Notes under the pieces: generated by a model
Told to the model about the DNA's origin: nothing
Databases searched by the model: none
Seen by the model: only the letters and a program-made list of their open reading frames with translations
Position numbers and translations under genes: made by a program
Assembly: GCF_006345805.1 (NCBI RefSeq)
Contig: NC_043004.1
Coordinates: 61,070,001-61,134,000, forward strand
Source of the DNA: Octopus sinensis
Lineage: Eukaryota
Direction: 5' to 3'
DNA: 64,000 bases
Part shown: piece by piece, positions 40,561 through 54,337 of the stretch
How positions within the stretch are numbered: position 1 is the first letter of the stretch
How the letters are laid out: each line of letters begins with the position of its first letter

Positions 40561-43146
40561 TTAAGCAAAAAAGAATAAAAAAATAGTAAGAAGAAATAAC
40601 ATATTAACCTGTAGAGTGCTAGATATACAAAATATCTAATGATCATAAATATAAAGCATTTAAACTCTGAAATGCTTGTTGATTGATGACTTTAGGCTAA
40701 AGGACAATAAGTGCATTGTCAGTAGCTAATTTAAGAACCTCCGAGTAGGTACCATCGGATTAGATGGATATGAACATTACGGGAAATATCAACTAGACTA
40801 GTGACTCTTTATCTTTCAATGCTATGAAGAAATTCTCCCCCAAACCTGTACAAAATAATGGAAATCTACTCTGTGTATGTGCGAACTTTGATCTATGTAA
40901 AACTCTCGGAAGTGATCTTGCTGAGAGAAATTTCCGTTGGACAAGCACAAGTTAATGATTTTTAATTTTTGCATTTCTTCACGAATCCACTGAGAGGTGA
41001 TAAAGTTTTTCTTGCACATATCAACTTTTAAGAATCACCCACCCAAATCCATCTCCCCCATATGTGTGTTTCTGTGTGCGTGCGTATGTGTGTGAAAGTA
41101 CATACAGGGAAAGTGAGAGGGAGGGGAGGGAGAGAAATACTGTGTAGAAACGTCAGCTGTATTTAATCACTACTTTACATATTGCACTGAAGATATGAAA
41201 GACAAAGATAGCCAAAACCAGTACTGAAGAGAATGCTCGAACGAATCTAAAAATTTGCTGTCAAATTAAATGATGGCTTACTTATATGCATCATTAGGTT
41301 TAACTTAGCTGCTTATCTGACCACATATAAAGACTTGTGACGAAAGCTTAATGGCTTATCTAATAATCGCAATCATTTCTTACATTGCAGTGTACCAATA
41401 AAGAAACTGAAAGGGGTATCAATAAGAAACTGAGCGCTGTTTCTATCACCAGTGGTACTTTAACGCCCGGTTAAAGTTAGAGAACTGAACAAACTGCATG
41501 GCGGTTGTTTGAAGTAACGTATATAGAAATTTCTTTTATTAAAACAGAAACCAAATTATTTGTATGTTTTGCTAGGGAATACATTGGAGAACAAGATAAT
41601 GAAGAAACATGGGCAGAGTCAAAATGTCTTCTGTTGACATAGGACGGATATTATTTCCAGTGTTCATTATACCACATAGGAATAATTATACAGTGAAGGT
41701 TTACCGTCTCCTATCCTGAAAGTGCGTGTAGCATTAATAAGATTCTGTTGGATTACTCAATGAGTATAGTTTTCGTAGGCTTATTCAAGCATAGACTACT
41801 TGAATACATCTACGAGACACAACTCTTGTTTAATTATGTGTATCCGACACGTGACCTGGATCTATTCAAAAACAATGTTTGGTCCCGCACAGTTTTATAA
41901 AACGATATTGTAATCATTTCTTTAATTTTCAATCTTCTCCAGGCGTTCAGAGTTGGAGTTCGACAAGAACTTTTCATTAACATTCGTTCCGATGATTTGT
42001 CAAATCACCTTGGAGATTATTTTGTTATCTCAACAAATGAAGATTGTTTATGCATAAAATAGATCACATCAAAAGATGTGACCTATTTCTAAATCATTTT
42101 GTTCATAAACCCAGAACCGAATGACTTATTTGTTTTCACGTACATTTTATTCCGAATGTATTCTATATGATATGAACGCTAATGAATGGTTTTGCAAATA
42201 AAACAGTGCAAACATTCTATTAAGCATTAGTCTTCTCAAGTATACATTCCATTGGATAATTTATTTCTTTTTTCTTATTTAGTAGCAGCTCATATATATT
42301 ATGCGGAAGAATTTTTCCCACGCAGCTCTATACACTAACTTTTCTTAAGACTTCATATCTTTTGCTTTCTTCATTGGGAATAAATTCGTAATAAATTATC
42401 TTGGTCTCTCACCCCCACACTTACTTTGTCCTTAATTTTGAATAAGGATTTTGCAAATAATTGTCCCTAACCCGCTCGCGAGATCTGGTTTATGCATTAA
42501 TCCGAGCCGCTTGTATTAGTTGATGCTAAAATCCCGCAAGCTAAGCAAAACGAAATTTGCGCTCCTAGAACAGATAACAGAGAGCACAAAGAAATCTCCT
42601 GCAAAGTTAGCAGGGAATTTAAGAGAGTTTGAGGTCATCGAGGATTTTGCAGATTAAATTAGAAAAAGCAGACCACAATAATTACAAGAACAACAACCAT
42701 AAATACATTCTTTCATACAATATTTCACATTTGTTTAGTCAGCTGTTGATTAAAAAATAGTAACATTTGTGAAATCTAATTTTGTACATTAGGAGTGTCT
42801 TTCTGGTCATTCTGCCAATAAAAGTTAACTTCATTTAATACTTCTACTAATCAATTAATTGATTAGTTTGTCATAATTATTTTTGTTACTATCGTGTTTT
42901 TTCAACGATTTTTAGTTCCGCTGCTGGAGTGAGTAACTCCAGCCAGTGCATGTTATTTTATTGAGGCAATGGCTATTACAGGCAATGGCTATTACAAAGT
43001 GCAACAGTATCGGTTTCAGTACAGGAATGCACATAAAAAGTCATGAAAAACAGACATAAATACGAAGTTATACAAACCTTTGATCATTATATAGCATAAA
43101 GTAGTGATCAGTCAGAACTTTGGAATCAATAGCTCAGATTATCCAT

Positions 43147-44290
43147 CTATAGACACGCAATGTGATATAGCAATATATGGTATTGATTCTTACTCAAAAT
43201 AGAAATGGATTGATTAAGAAAATCAATTTGCTCAACAGTTCGACAAAAGTTAATTATTAGATCTGCATACTTCACATTGTAGTTCAGGAGTTCGTAACCA
43301 ATCTGCTTAACACCTGGATTTCCTAACAAGAAATGTTAATTTAGCTAAGGAATAATTTATTCTTCTCACGAGTGTCATTTTAACTAATTAAGATTACTGA
43401 GTTCTTTGTATTTTTTACGTTAGCATCCAATTTATTATGTTTTCCAAGTAACAAGAAGAAGCCCTGAGTAACCTTTTCGTGTTCACTAGTCAAACGGTTA
43501 ACAGTCTGGTGAAAGGTATGCACTTAATGACTAAATCATTGCATATTTATTATATAAAATATATGCCCCTCATTGAAGATTGTCCCGGAAAACAACGGAG
43601 TATTGTAAAATTACACGAAATTTGCCAGCTCTCTGACGCAATTAATGCCACAGGCTGGTGTTTAAACTTTGCCTCCCCATGCAACGTTTCCAATGTATAA
43701 ACAGTATCTTGGTCATGTCGTCACTTCTTGTACTCTCTGCAAAAGTAACTAATATTCAGATACTAAATCTGCCACCATGTTATCATGCATACTGCATAAT
43801 CTACACAGATGCGATATTGCTTCTTCAGGCTCATATTTACTCTTGGCAATTGTTGTAATAGATTGGACCCGAACAGCCACAATGGTACACTCAACTTATT
43901 TCAAATTTCCTCCTCGAAGACAATCCCAAGAATCTTTTTCGTAGACTCCAAAATTCGCCTTGTCAGTGCTTATTTGTATTTTTCTCGTGATGGTCATCAT
44001 GTCATGTTTCTGTCCTCTTTAGCAATTGGGTATATTATTTTTCTTTTAAAGGAGTACATGCAGTACTCTCTCTTTACTTGCTTTTGAACCTCTTTACTTG
44101 CTTTTCTCATCCCCTGCACGGGTGGAGTTCTCTCCCATCATTCACTACATTCACATGTACCTAATCCACACCTCTCCTATGGTAATGGTCATAAAACATT
44201 GTAAATATATTTGTTGCCTACAGTCTAAAACCTGGTCAATCAACTTAATCATAACGGTTCGATTTCTAATAACAGATCCTGGCTAGTATT
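43147..44290 (-). mobile_element. Highly decayed LINE RT remnant
   Basis: GVKQ ... KYADL resembles GVxQG ... YADD; otherwise heavily disrupted. Confidence 0.3.
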
Positions 44291-44329
44291 GCATCATCAA
44301 TTTGTTTCAAAAGTGTTTGGAGCATTATC

Positions 44330-45660
44330 TAGGAGTATACACTCCTGTTATAGACTCCTGTCGGTTTAGAGTTTCGGTTTGTCTTATTATGAAGTTTAAT
44401 TTAATGTTCCTTGAAATATCTGTATTTAGTTGTGCGTAGTGTGCGTAATGCGAGTTGAATTATTTGATAAGGTATCCTAATTTCGTTCATTATATGTTGC
44501 GTGAGTTATGTTGTTCTTTATTATTAGGTTTTTAATGTATAGACAGTGCATTGTGTGTGAAGAGCGTCCGATTTGAGCTTAGATATTATTTTGGACTGAA
44601 TATTTTGATTTCAAGGTCCTTGTATTTTCATGGATATTAATTTACTTTACAGGCAATATTTTCTTCAGAAGGGATTATGATGTATATCAGTCTATATGTG
44701 TTTGTCTTGCATTTCTTTATTATTATGACTGGACAGTTTGCGTTGATTTTTTTCTTATGAGGAACAGGCATATTCCGGATTATTTTGGCTAGGTCGTTAT
44801 CCTGCGTCGAATATGGTACATGACTGCACCGCTTCTTCTTCGTTCTGACGTCAACGCGTTCGCATATTGCATAATGGATGTAGTTCCCAACTTGATCAAG
44901 CCTGTGTATATTATTCAGTTATGGTAAGGACTGGGTAGCCAGAGATGATGTGGTAAATTGTCTCAGTGTCCTGATTGTACATTCCACATGTGGTTTTATG
45001 ATCAATTTCCTTCGTTTCATTTTTATAGTTGTTTTGAATCCTTCCTTCCGTTTCTACTTTTAGACAGGAATTTTGGGTCCATTATTGACTTTTCACTTGA
45101 CTTTTTTTATTTCTCTGTCGAGCTTTGTGGGTTAATTGCTGCACAGTGGTTTTCTACTCGATGTTTTTCTTTAGTATGTTTTGTTATTTTGTTTTCATAT
45201 TGTTTCTTTTTTTTTGTCTATGTAACCATTTCTATTGAGTTATCTAAATTTATTGTCGCAGTGTATTTTGTCTAATGTCGATTCGTTGTGAATTGAGAAG
45301 AGTTTTTTCTATGTTTCTTTATTACACTTATAAGTCTTCCTTCATTGTTTTCTAATTAGTTGTCCAGTCCAACTGTTATTATTTTATACAAGTTTTCTAT
45401 TTGTATCAGGCTTCCTTGTGTTTCCGCGTGGGGTAAGTATATTCTGTCTATATTTGCTCTGAGATAGTGACATCTTTATGCTGTCAGCACTTTTCTATCA
45501 AAACATTTCAACTCATTTAACTCATTCCAGTTTATCATATTGAAGTAGTAGTTTATAATTTGTATGGATAACATATTTATAACTATTATTTTATTGCTTG
45601 CATTTAGCTCGGTTGTTAATATTAGTCTCGCTTTTCTATAGTATCCTTTCATGATTTACT
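44330..45660 (-). mobile_element. Decayed R4/Dong-like (RLE) LINE
   Basis: Minus frames give LILTTELNASNKIIVIN...NW, DQVGNYIHYAIC and YKDLEI. Confidence 0.7.
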
Positions 45661-46084
45661 ATTCAATTTCCATGTGTTACATAGCCGCATGACTGAAACA
45701 AGTAAAAGAATAAAAGAATATATATATTTATACGTGTGTGTGTGTGTGTGTGGATATTCACATAAGTTTTGATTCTTGTACGCTTAAAATTTCATTAAGT
45801 GCAGATGCCATGAATTCATGGGTACTAGTGATTTATTTCGGCCGGTAGATGGAGAGCATGCATGCTCTTCGTGCATACCAGTTACTGGGGGCTTCTCACT
45901 GCATTTTTGATATCATCACTAGCGATGACATTTGAGGTGCTAGACTTTTTCCTCCTCCTGTCTAATACTCCTCCTGTGTATTTGTCATTGTGTCGCTCTT
46001 TCTGCTGCGTTTGCTTCAAGACTTTTTGAATGTCTGATATTGCTAGCATGTATTTTATTGTTATGGATTGTTTCTTGTATGACA

Positions 46085-47272
46085 TGAAGCTTGCTTCCCA
46101 ACTACATGGTTCCGAGTTCAATCCCTTTGCGCGGCACTTTGTAGCAGTGTCTTCTATTATAGCCTCGAGCGAACCAAAGCCTTGTGAATGGATTTGGAAG
46201 ACGGAAACAGAAAGAAGCTAATCGTTTATACGTATACATATGTGCGTGTGTGTGTGTGTGTGTGTGTGCGTGCGTGCACATGTGTGTGCGTGAGTGTATA
46301 TCTACGTATGTCTATATATCTGCGTTCGAAGGCGGTGAGCTGGCAGAATCGTTAGCACGCCGGGCGAAATGCTTACCGGTATTTCGTCTGCCGTTACGTT
46401 CTGAGTTCAAATTCCGCCGAGGTCGACTTTGCCTTTCATGTTTTCAGGGTCGATAAATTAAGTACCAGTTACACACTGGGGTCGATATAATCGACTTTAA
46501 TCCGTTTGTCTGTCCTTGTTTGTCCTCTCGGTGTTTAGCCCCTTGTGGGTAGTAAAGAAATAGGTATTTCGTCCGCCGTTACGTTCTGAGTTTAAATTCC
46601 GCAGAGGTCGACTTTGCCATTCCTACTAGAAAAGCAGCAAGCTGGCAGAAACTCTAACACGCCGGGTGAATTGCTTAGCAGTATTTCTTCTGCCGCTACG
46701 TTCTGAATTCAATTTCCACCGAGGTCGACTTTGCCTTTCATCCTTTTGTGGTCGATAAATTAAGTACCAGTTACGCACTGGGGTCAATGTAATCGACTTC
46801 ATCCCTCTGTCTGTCCTTGTTTGTCCCCTCTGTGCTTAGCCCCTTGTGGTTAATAAAGAAAGAAAAAACGTCAGCATGCCGTGCGAAAAGCTTAGCGGTA
46901 TTTCGTCTGTCTTTATGTTCTAAGTTCAAATTCCGCCGAGGTCGACTTTGCCTTTCATCCTTCCGGTTTCGAGAAATTAAGTATCAGTCGAGTACTGGGG
47001 TTAATCTAATCGACTTCCCCCCCTCCCGAAAAAAATTTCGGGCCTTGTGCCTAAAGTAGAAAAGTATATAACAGTGTTCTTACTCCTATCACTGCTTGAC
47101 AACCGCTGCTGTTGTGCTTCTGTCCTCATAGATTAGCAGTTCGGCAGAAGAGACCGATAGAATAACTACCATGCTTATAAAAAGTAAGTACTGATGTCGA
47201 TACATTCGGCTAAAACTTCTTTAAAGCGGTACCCCAGCATGGCCCTAGTCTAATGATTGAAACAAGTAAAAA
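46085..47272 (+). mobile_element. Old family A SINE (head ~46085-46225, tail ~47090-47272) interrupted by a family C array
   Basis: Head and tail match family A; the insert lies after the central (TG)n. Confidence 0.7.
46330..47060 (+). mobile_element. Tandem multimer of SINE family C (three longer units plus one partial)
   Basis: Repeated GGTATTTCGTCTGCCGTTACGTTCTGAGTTCAAATTCCGCCGAGGTCGACTTTGCC block at ~46378, 46563, 46681 and 46897. Confidence 0.85.
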
Positions 47273-48000
47273 GATATAAAAAAATGATAAAAGGTTCATC
47301 TCAAATTCTTTATTTTCTTGGAAGAAACATTTATGTTTCCCCAATGTTTGATACTGCAAAACTTTTGCTGCTATACTCTATTTGAGTTCATCTTTTGCTT
47401 CAAGGTATCCTCTGTTCTAGTTCATATTATATTTTGTTATTATTTTCTTCCTCTTTTTCATCATCGATCCTTTTCTAATTCACAGAATAAGAAAGCCATT
47501 CTTTTGATTTGCAATTCTTCAAACTACATTATCTTTCCATATGGGGTTTTGAGTTTGGCTGGGATTTGTTCCCTGTTAGGGTCAATCACAGCTTCTCTGG
47601 AAGTTAGAACAGATGCAATGTAGATCAAGTCAGCCAGTCTGCCCATATCCAGGTCGGCTAATGTCATGAGCATAAATTCTTGCAGGACTCTGTTACGTTT
47701 GTCATTTCTTTCGTACAAATGTTTATTCCTTTGTAATTTGAAAAGATGGTTATACTAATTCTTATCCATATATTTTGTTATGCTGCCTTGTAATTTTTAC
47801 TGTTCCTTTAGGACATCTTTACTATAAATTCTAGTGGATTATTATCATTATCATCATTGATAGCTGGAGGTGTGTTTTTGTAACGCTGTGAGTTTATACT
47901 TAATTCACTTGTTTTAAAAAGTTCTATACTTTGTTTTGTAGGTTAATTAAGCTGCCCTTTGGGAGTGGGGGCTGACGTTTGTTAACGTGATACAAACCTT

Positions 48001-48149
48001 TTTATTTACATTGTTTACATTTGACGAATATTTGTCTTCATCTTGTTTGTTGTTAACACAACGTTTCGGCTGATATACTCTCCAGCCTTTATCAGATGTC
48101 TTGGGGAAATTTCAAAACTGGGTCCTCATTCCTAAGGTATTTTTCGATG

Positions 48150-48186
<37 letters not shown>

Positions 48187-48580
48187 TATCACTGCTTGGA
48201 ATCGAACTCAGAATCTTGGGGATAGTAGCCCGCACTCTTAATCACCACGTCCGCGGCATATGGCGTAGTGGTTAAGAGCGCGGTCTACTAACCCCAAGAT
48301 TCCCATTTCGATTCCAGGCAGTGATCTGAATAATAATAATAATAATAATAACAATAATAATAATATTAATATTAATAATAATAATAATGATAATAATATT
48401 AATAACAACAACAACAACAACAACAACAACAAACAACAACATCGAAAAATACCTTAGGAATGAGAACCCAGGTTCGAAGTTTCCCAAGACACCTGATGAG
48501 CCGAAGTTGAGGACAAATATCCTTCAAATGTAAATAATGTAAATAATGTACATAATTCCTCATCTCTTAAATATAGAACT
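48001..48580. mobile_element. Head-to-head pair of tRNA-head/(AAT)n/HHR elements (48001-48250 minus; 48261-48580 plus)
   Basis: TGGCGTAGTGGTTAAGAGCG...TTCGATTCC head, (AAT)n, then CCCAAGACACCTGATGA...GCCGAA. Confidence 0.8.
48056..48099 (-). ncRNA. Hammerhead-like motif (G8 mutated)
   Basis: ACAU-CUGAUAA-A-GGCUG-loop-CAGCC-GAAAC-GUU-GUGU. Confidence 0.6.
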
Positions 48581-48639
48581 TTACAAACACTTTTGTCTAC
48601 AATTTTTTTCGAAAATTTGCTTCGAAGAAAGCAAACATT

Positions 48640-51200
48640 TAAGATGGCAACGAAATGTGACAGTGAGGAAGGAAGGTGGTACGGCAATTTGCATGAGGAC
48701 TCCCCCGTCACCCCCACCATGATTGGCAGCAGACAACAGAAAGAAAAGAAGGAAAAAGAAGTGAAGAGTCAAGAAAAGAAGAAAGAAGTGGAAGAGCAGA
48801 AAGAAAGCGAGAGGAAGGAAGAAGTAAAATCTCTCTCGCCATATGGAAATCGTAGTAGCACGCAAAGTAATATTGAAAGCACCAAAAATGGAGTTAGCAG
48901 TGGAAGAGAAACTTTTGAAAATATCACGGCAGCTAAGGGATTAATTAACGTCTCATTGGAGAACAGAATAGAAAAACTATAGAAGGCAGCATAATATATG
49001 AAAATGAATGGAAGGAGGGAGAATTGACGTCTGAAAGTGACGTATTCGAAGCTACAGCAAAACGTACAGTTGTCTATAGGTGCGTGAACACAAAGACAAG
49101 GTAACTCGAAAATGCTAAACGCGACCACGTAGAAAAAGACTTGAAAGACAAACGGCAGGATATCCACCACATTGATAGAATGAGGCAGTACAGCGGAGTA
49201 GAGGTCCTTTTTAAGGCAGAGGAGCAGGTGATACAGAACTCGATGACCACGCGCCGCACCGAGGAAACCACCCACTTTCCAACGCACATGGGAATTAAGA
49301 TACCTGGAGTCCCACTAGGCTTGGATTTATGATGGATTCTCGCCTGTATTCGTACGGACAATGAGGATAATCTCCTGGATGTTAAAAGATCGAGGAGGGA
49401 GAATTGGCTGGGGACTATCTTCGAGGTTCTTCATGAGAAGCCAGAGCAGTTAGAGAGTAATGAAAAGAAAAATGTCACTGCAACAACAGCCATCCACACG
49501 GCAGCAAGGAGGGCCAATGAAAAGCTGATGACGCACATAGAAAAAAAAACGAGAACATTGAAATAGAGGTGGTGAACTGCAGCCCCAAAACTTTTAGAGA
49601 ACAGGAGAGCCTAATGATGGTGCGAATGACATTAGAGACTTCTAACAGCATCAAACAGCTACCCGCATGATATTGAAGATCCCAGTGTAACGGCCAGCAG
49701 ATGGTTTTTAAGGGGCTTCCTAGTGGCTATCCTCAAGGTGGCTGCTTTCGGTCCCGTTTTAGGAGGCTGGTTTGTTGCAATATACAGCGATATCTATTTG
49801 GTGGTCAAAGGAAATGGACACCTCTCGGAATCGTTTAGCATCGCACATGCGGTCCGTCAAGTATGCCCACTCTCACTCCTTCTCTACGTACTGGTACTTG
49901 AGCCACTACTGCGGAAGATGGAGCTTTCGAGGAGCAATCCGCGTGAACTGGGATACGGAAGTTTCGTGTCGGCATATGTGAACGATCCCACAGTGGTAGT
50001 GTCGGACTTCATTGGCTCGAGTGACTGAGGTACAACGTGGTAACAAAACCACAAATCGGTGTTTGGGGGACCAAAATGGGCGCATGTTACTCGTGTCCGA
50101 ACAGATGTGTGCGGCACTTCAGCAGCAATTCGCCCAACTATTCAGGACGAATGACAGCCCAGAACACAGGATGGATCACGTGCCCATATCAACAGCAACC
50201 ACAACTATCGCGAAGGGGGTGGGGCGGACCGTTGCGATATTCCGATAACAGCGCCGATATGAGTTGCATGGCTGTGAGTTGGGGTAGTGGTTAAATCACC
50301 TGCTTTCAATGATCTGCCCTTACGAGCTTTACTTTTATAGCTCAGAATTGTTCGGTGGTCTTTTAGCTGATATCTACCGCAACTGGCAGCAGAGAGTGGG
50401 AGAATTCCTAGTTCTGTGAGTTGAGGTACGGTGGCACTGCTAAGAAAGAACGCAAACAAGACGGTATTGGGTGCCGATCTTCAGGCCCACTGACTTTTAA
50501 GGGTTAATTTTTGCTCCTATCACTACCTCGTACTTTTTAGACTACTGCTGATCAGCACCCAATACCGTCGTGGGAAGCTGGACAGAGGGACCGGTTAAAT
50601 TGTTTGGGATCTGGTTTTGGCCGGATCTCCAGATGGAGATGAATTAGGACACAGGAACGAGCAGGGTAGCCAATCTCACTCAGAAATGGACTAAGGGAAA
50701 GCTGTCTCCAAAAGGTCGAGCACGGGTGCCGAATGCTTACCTCACCTTCGTTATGTATTACCGCCTGCTGGACGTGCCTTGTCCCAGTTTACGTCTGACC
50801 AAAGCAGATCACATACTCTTACATTTTTGTTGAATGAACGCGTTCCACTTCTCAGGCACTCCACTTGCTGTCTACACCCGCACAATGGAGAACTGAGTTT
50901 GTGGAGGGCAAGTGCAACGATGTTTTCGGGGGCACGCTGGGCGTCGACGAAATCACCTGGCTGGTATGGACTGTGGTTTTGTTGCACCTCCATGTGCAGC
51001 CCAAATAAGTCTCATACTTTTGGGGTATTTTATATTGTACCCTTTTATTTTGTACCCTTTTTATTACTTCTTACACGACTTTTGTGACACCCACATTATA
51101 TTCCCCTGTGTTTGTCACCATTTATTATTAAGGTAACATGCTGTCAGAACTTTTCCCGCGTCGGACAAAATTGGTAGTGACAGTTCTTTCGGTTTTTTAC
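48640..51200 (+). mobile_element. Decayed, rearranged L1/Tx1-like LINE (ORF1 and RT fragments)
   Basis: Lys/Glu-rich ORF1 N-terminus; NGHLSESFSIAHAVRQVCPLSLLLYVLVLEPL...SAYVND (cf. GVRQGCPLSP...YADD); KSP..., GRIPSS; KLFGIWF...W..GKLSPKGR. Confidence 0.85.
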
Positions 51201-52468
51201 CTTGTATGTTCGATTTCCGCCAAAGTCGACATTAACATTCATCCTTTTTTGGATCGATGAAATAAGGTAACAGTTGAGCACTGGCTCGAGGTAATCGACC
51301 AGCCCCATGCCCCCAGACTTCAGGTTTTGTTCTTACAGTATAAAAGATTATTATTATTAATATCTTAAATAAGCATTTTTTATTATCAAGTAATATCTTT
51401 GTACGGGCATATGTAAGGAAATCAACACAGAACATCGCAATATTTGCAACAGACATACATAAATTGAAAGTGATATATAAGATACATATATAACTGTCAA
51501 GAATGATTTGGGAGAAGTGGTATGAACCTTCCTTGTGAAGCGTATTGATTTTAATATATCAATTCCATTCATCAATTTACGCTCATTCTCACAACCAATT
51601 TCTTTATTCTTATTTCTTTTCAACATGCTCAAACTGCCTTCGTTGCCTTATGAAGCTGCATCCTATATTTCTTTGTCACTACCAGCTCAAACAGAACTTT
51701 TACTGAACTGATGTAGTTACAAAAGAGGTGTTTTTATGTTCTTTACCTCACTAAAGGTAAAGCAAAAGTTTTCTTCGGGGAAAAAAGCGTTTATGATTTA
51801 TAATAGTGTCACGGAAGACTTTTGTCGAGATTGCCTTTTGTTTAAAAAAAGAAAAAATGAAAACAATTAAATAAGAACTAAACACATCAATATTTTTAAT
51901 CCATTAAAGTCACTCATTCAGTGAAAAACGAAACGACAATAGTGTTAATGAATTTTAGTCAAATAAACTTTGATGAAGACAAATCCAAATTCTAAATGCT
52001 TTCTATGGAATATAATGTGATAACTCCGGACATGTTACAGTTTTATGAGACTTCCTCAACATGGTATTGATTATTCCGATTCTGACTAGGAATGTGAGTG
52101 GCAAAAATATATAGATCTTTTGTGGCAAAAAAGGTGTCAGCGGTTGTCAGTTGGTGATTCTGCTTCACATATACTTAGCAGCTCGATACTATAGCTCGAT
52201 ACATGTGTTTGGTCAGATGCATGCCCATATTGTCTGAGGCATCCACTCTTTTGATCAGGTACTTGGGGCTGCACTTATTTTAAAGCTAATCAGTAAGAAA
52301 TATATCATGTGGAACCAAGTAGAGAAGAGTTTGGATCTTATGTCTAGAATTAAGACAGGATTTCAGATGATACGCATTTTCTCTTTGAGAAAGCGACTGC
52401 TGATGTTACTGCTCTTTGATTGTCAGTGTTATGCTTATTCACACGTGATTATCAAATATATTTCGATA

Positions 52469-52949
52469 GGCGCAGGAGTGGCTGTGTGATAAGTAGCCTG
52501 CTAACCAACCACATGGCTCCGGGTTCAGTCCCACTGCGTGGCATCTTGGGCAAGTGTCTTCTGCTATAGCCCGGGCCGACCAATGCCTTGTGAGTGGATT
52601 TGGTAGACGGAAACTGAAAGAAGCCTGTCGTATATATTTTTTTTTGTACTTGTTTCAGTCATTTGACTGCGGCCATGCTGGAGCACCGCCTTTAAAAAAG
52701 TCAATATATATGTATATATTTATGTGTGTGTATGTGTTTGTGTGTCTGTGTTTGTCCCCCTAGCATTGCATGACAACCGATGCTGGTGTGTTTACGTCCC
52801 CGTCACTTAACGGTTCGGCAAAAGAGACCGATAGAATAAGTACTGGGCTTACAAAGAATAAGTCCCGGGGTCGATTTGCTCGACTAAGGGCGGTGCTCCA
52901 GCATGGCCGCAGTCAAATGACTGAAACAAGTAAAAGAGTAAAAGAGTAA
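52469..52949 (+). mobile_element. SINE family A carrying an inverted copy of the family 3' end (52647-52694)
   Basis: Direct reading against the family consensus. Confidence 0.9.
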
Positions 52950-54306
52950 TAGTGGTGTGTTACCTTAGGTCACAGCAAGTCTGGAAATTTTAGTGTGAGT
53001 TTATGAACACACGATTAAAACAGACTGCATTGAGTACTGCATATTTGTAGAAAAGCTACAAGAAACACACACAGGATCACACTTAATCATGCGTATATGC
53101 GTTATTCTCTAAAAATGTTTTTTTCTCACAAACAAAAGACCTTACCTCCCAACGTCCAACATTCAAATTTATGAAATACAGTTTAGAAAAAAATAATTAA
53201 CGATTCAACAAATAATAGTGAATTTACAAATGAATTCGTAAATATTCGTAGCGTTATTAAATTTCGTAGTCTGACTTTCGGTATTTTTGTTTCTGTTGTA
53301 TAATTTAAACAAAACCTTTATTGTTTGAGCTATAATGCCATTTTTCAAAATCATCTTTTATCTATTGTTTAAGATTTAACATCGTATTGTTACATTATCT
53401 TAATATTTATTTACAGTCGTTAGTATAACATTCATGTTTTTAACAATTTAAATGGTGTTATGAAATTAATTGCGCTTTAGAACTAACATTGTCATAGTAG
53501 AATTTGATAAAAAGTATATATTAAATTTATTTCAATATCATAATACAACACATGCAAACACAGATACAGAGTCGCAGGTGCAAGAAGGGGAGTAAGATTA
53601 AAAGGTTTGTAGCGCTTCGTAACTTGTTGATTCCATGTTCATAGCCTTGTGCTCAGTATCTTGGGCAAAGTTTATTCTACATCAGCTTCTTTTGATTGAA
53701 ATTTGGCAGAAACTGAGCAGAAGACCGCCAGACACCCAGGCATATACAGACAAGCGTGTGAAAGGGAAACCGAGAGAGAGATGTAGAGAGAGGGAGAGGG
53801 GGGAGAGAGAGAGAGACCACTTAGATGTGTATGTATGTGCATATGTATGTGAGTGTGTGCCTCTGTGCTGTCTCGCTCTACTTGACAACATGCCTTGCTT
53901 AAACCAGTAAAATAACGGTTCTGCTTAAATAGCACAATAAAATAGTAAAGGATTTTAACATAAGTACTGGATTCGATCTAATAAGACGGAATACTTTAAG
54001 GCAGTATTTAGTGTATTCCATCAACATCATTTTCCTGAACCGCTAAGTTACTATATTGTAAATAAATCGATACAAGTCGTGAAATGTTGTGAGACACATA
54101 ATAAGGTGCGCACACGCGCATACTTTCACGTGTCGTGAGTTTTGTAACAGCTGCTGCCATCTTCTACCTGGATCCCTTACCAGAAATCGTAGGGACATGG
54201 TTGTGAAGCGATCTCGATCATCTAACACCTCCCCATTTATTCTTACATACTCGAATTCGCACTTAATTCATAATTTGGCTTCCTGTGTGTGTATGTGTGT
54301 GTGTGT

Positions 54307-54337
<31 letters not shown>

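Noticed and set aside
48261-48330. Possible tRNA gene (and the other tRNA-like heads)
   Set aside because: A/B boxes are present, but there is no complete acceptor stem or terminator and each is fused to a repeat body, so these are SINE heads.
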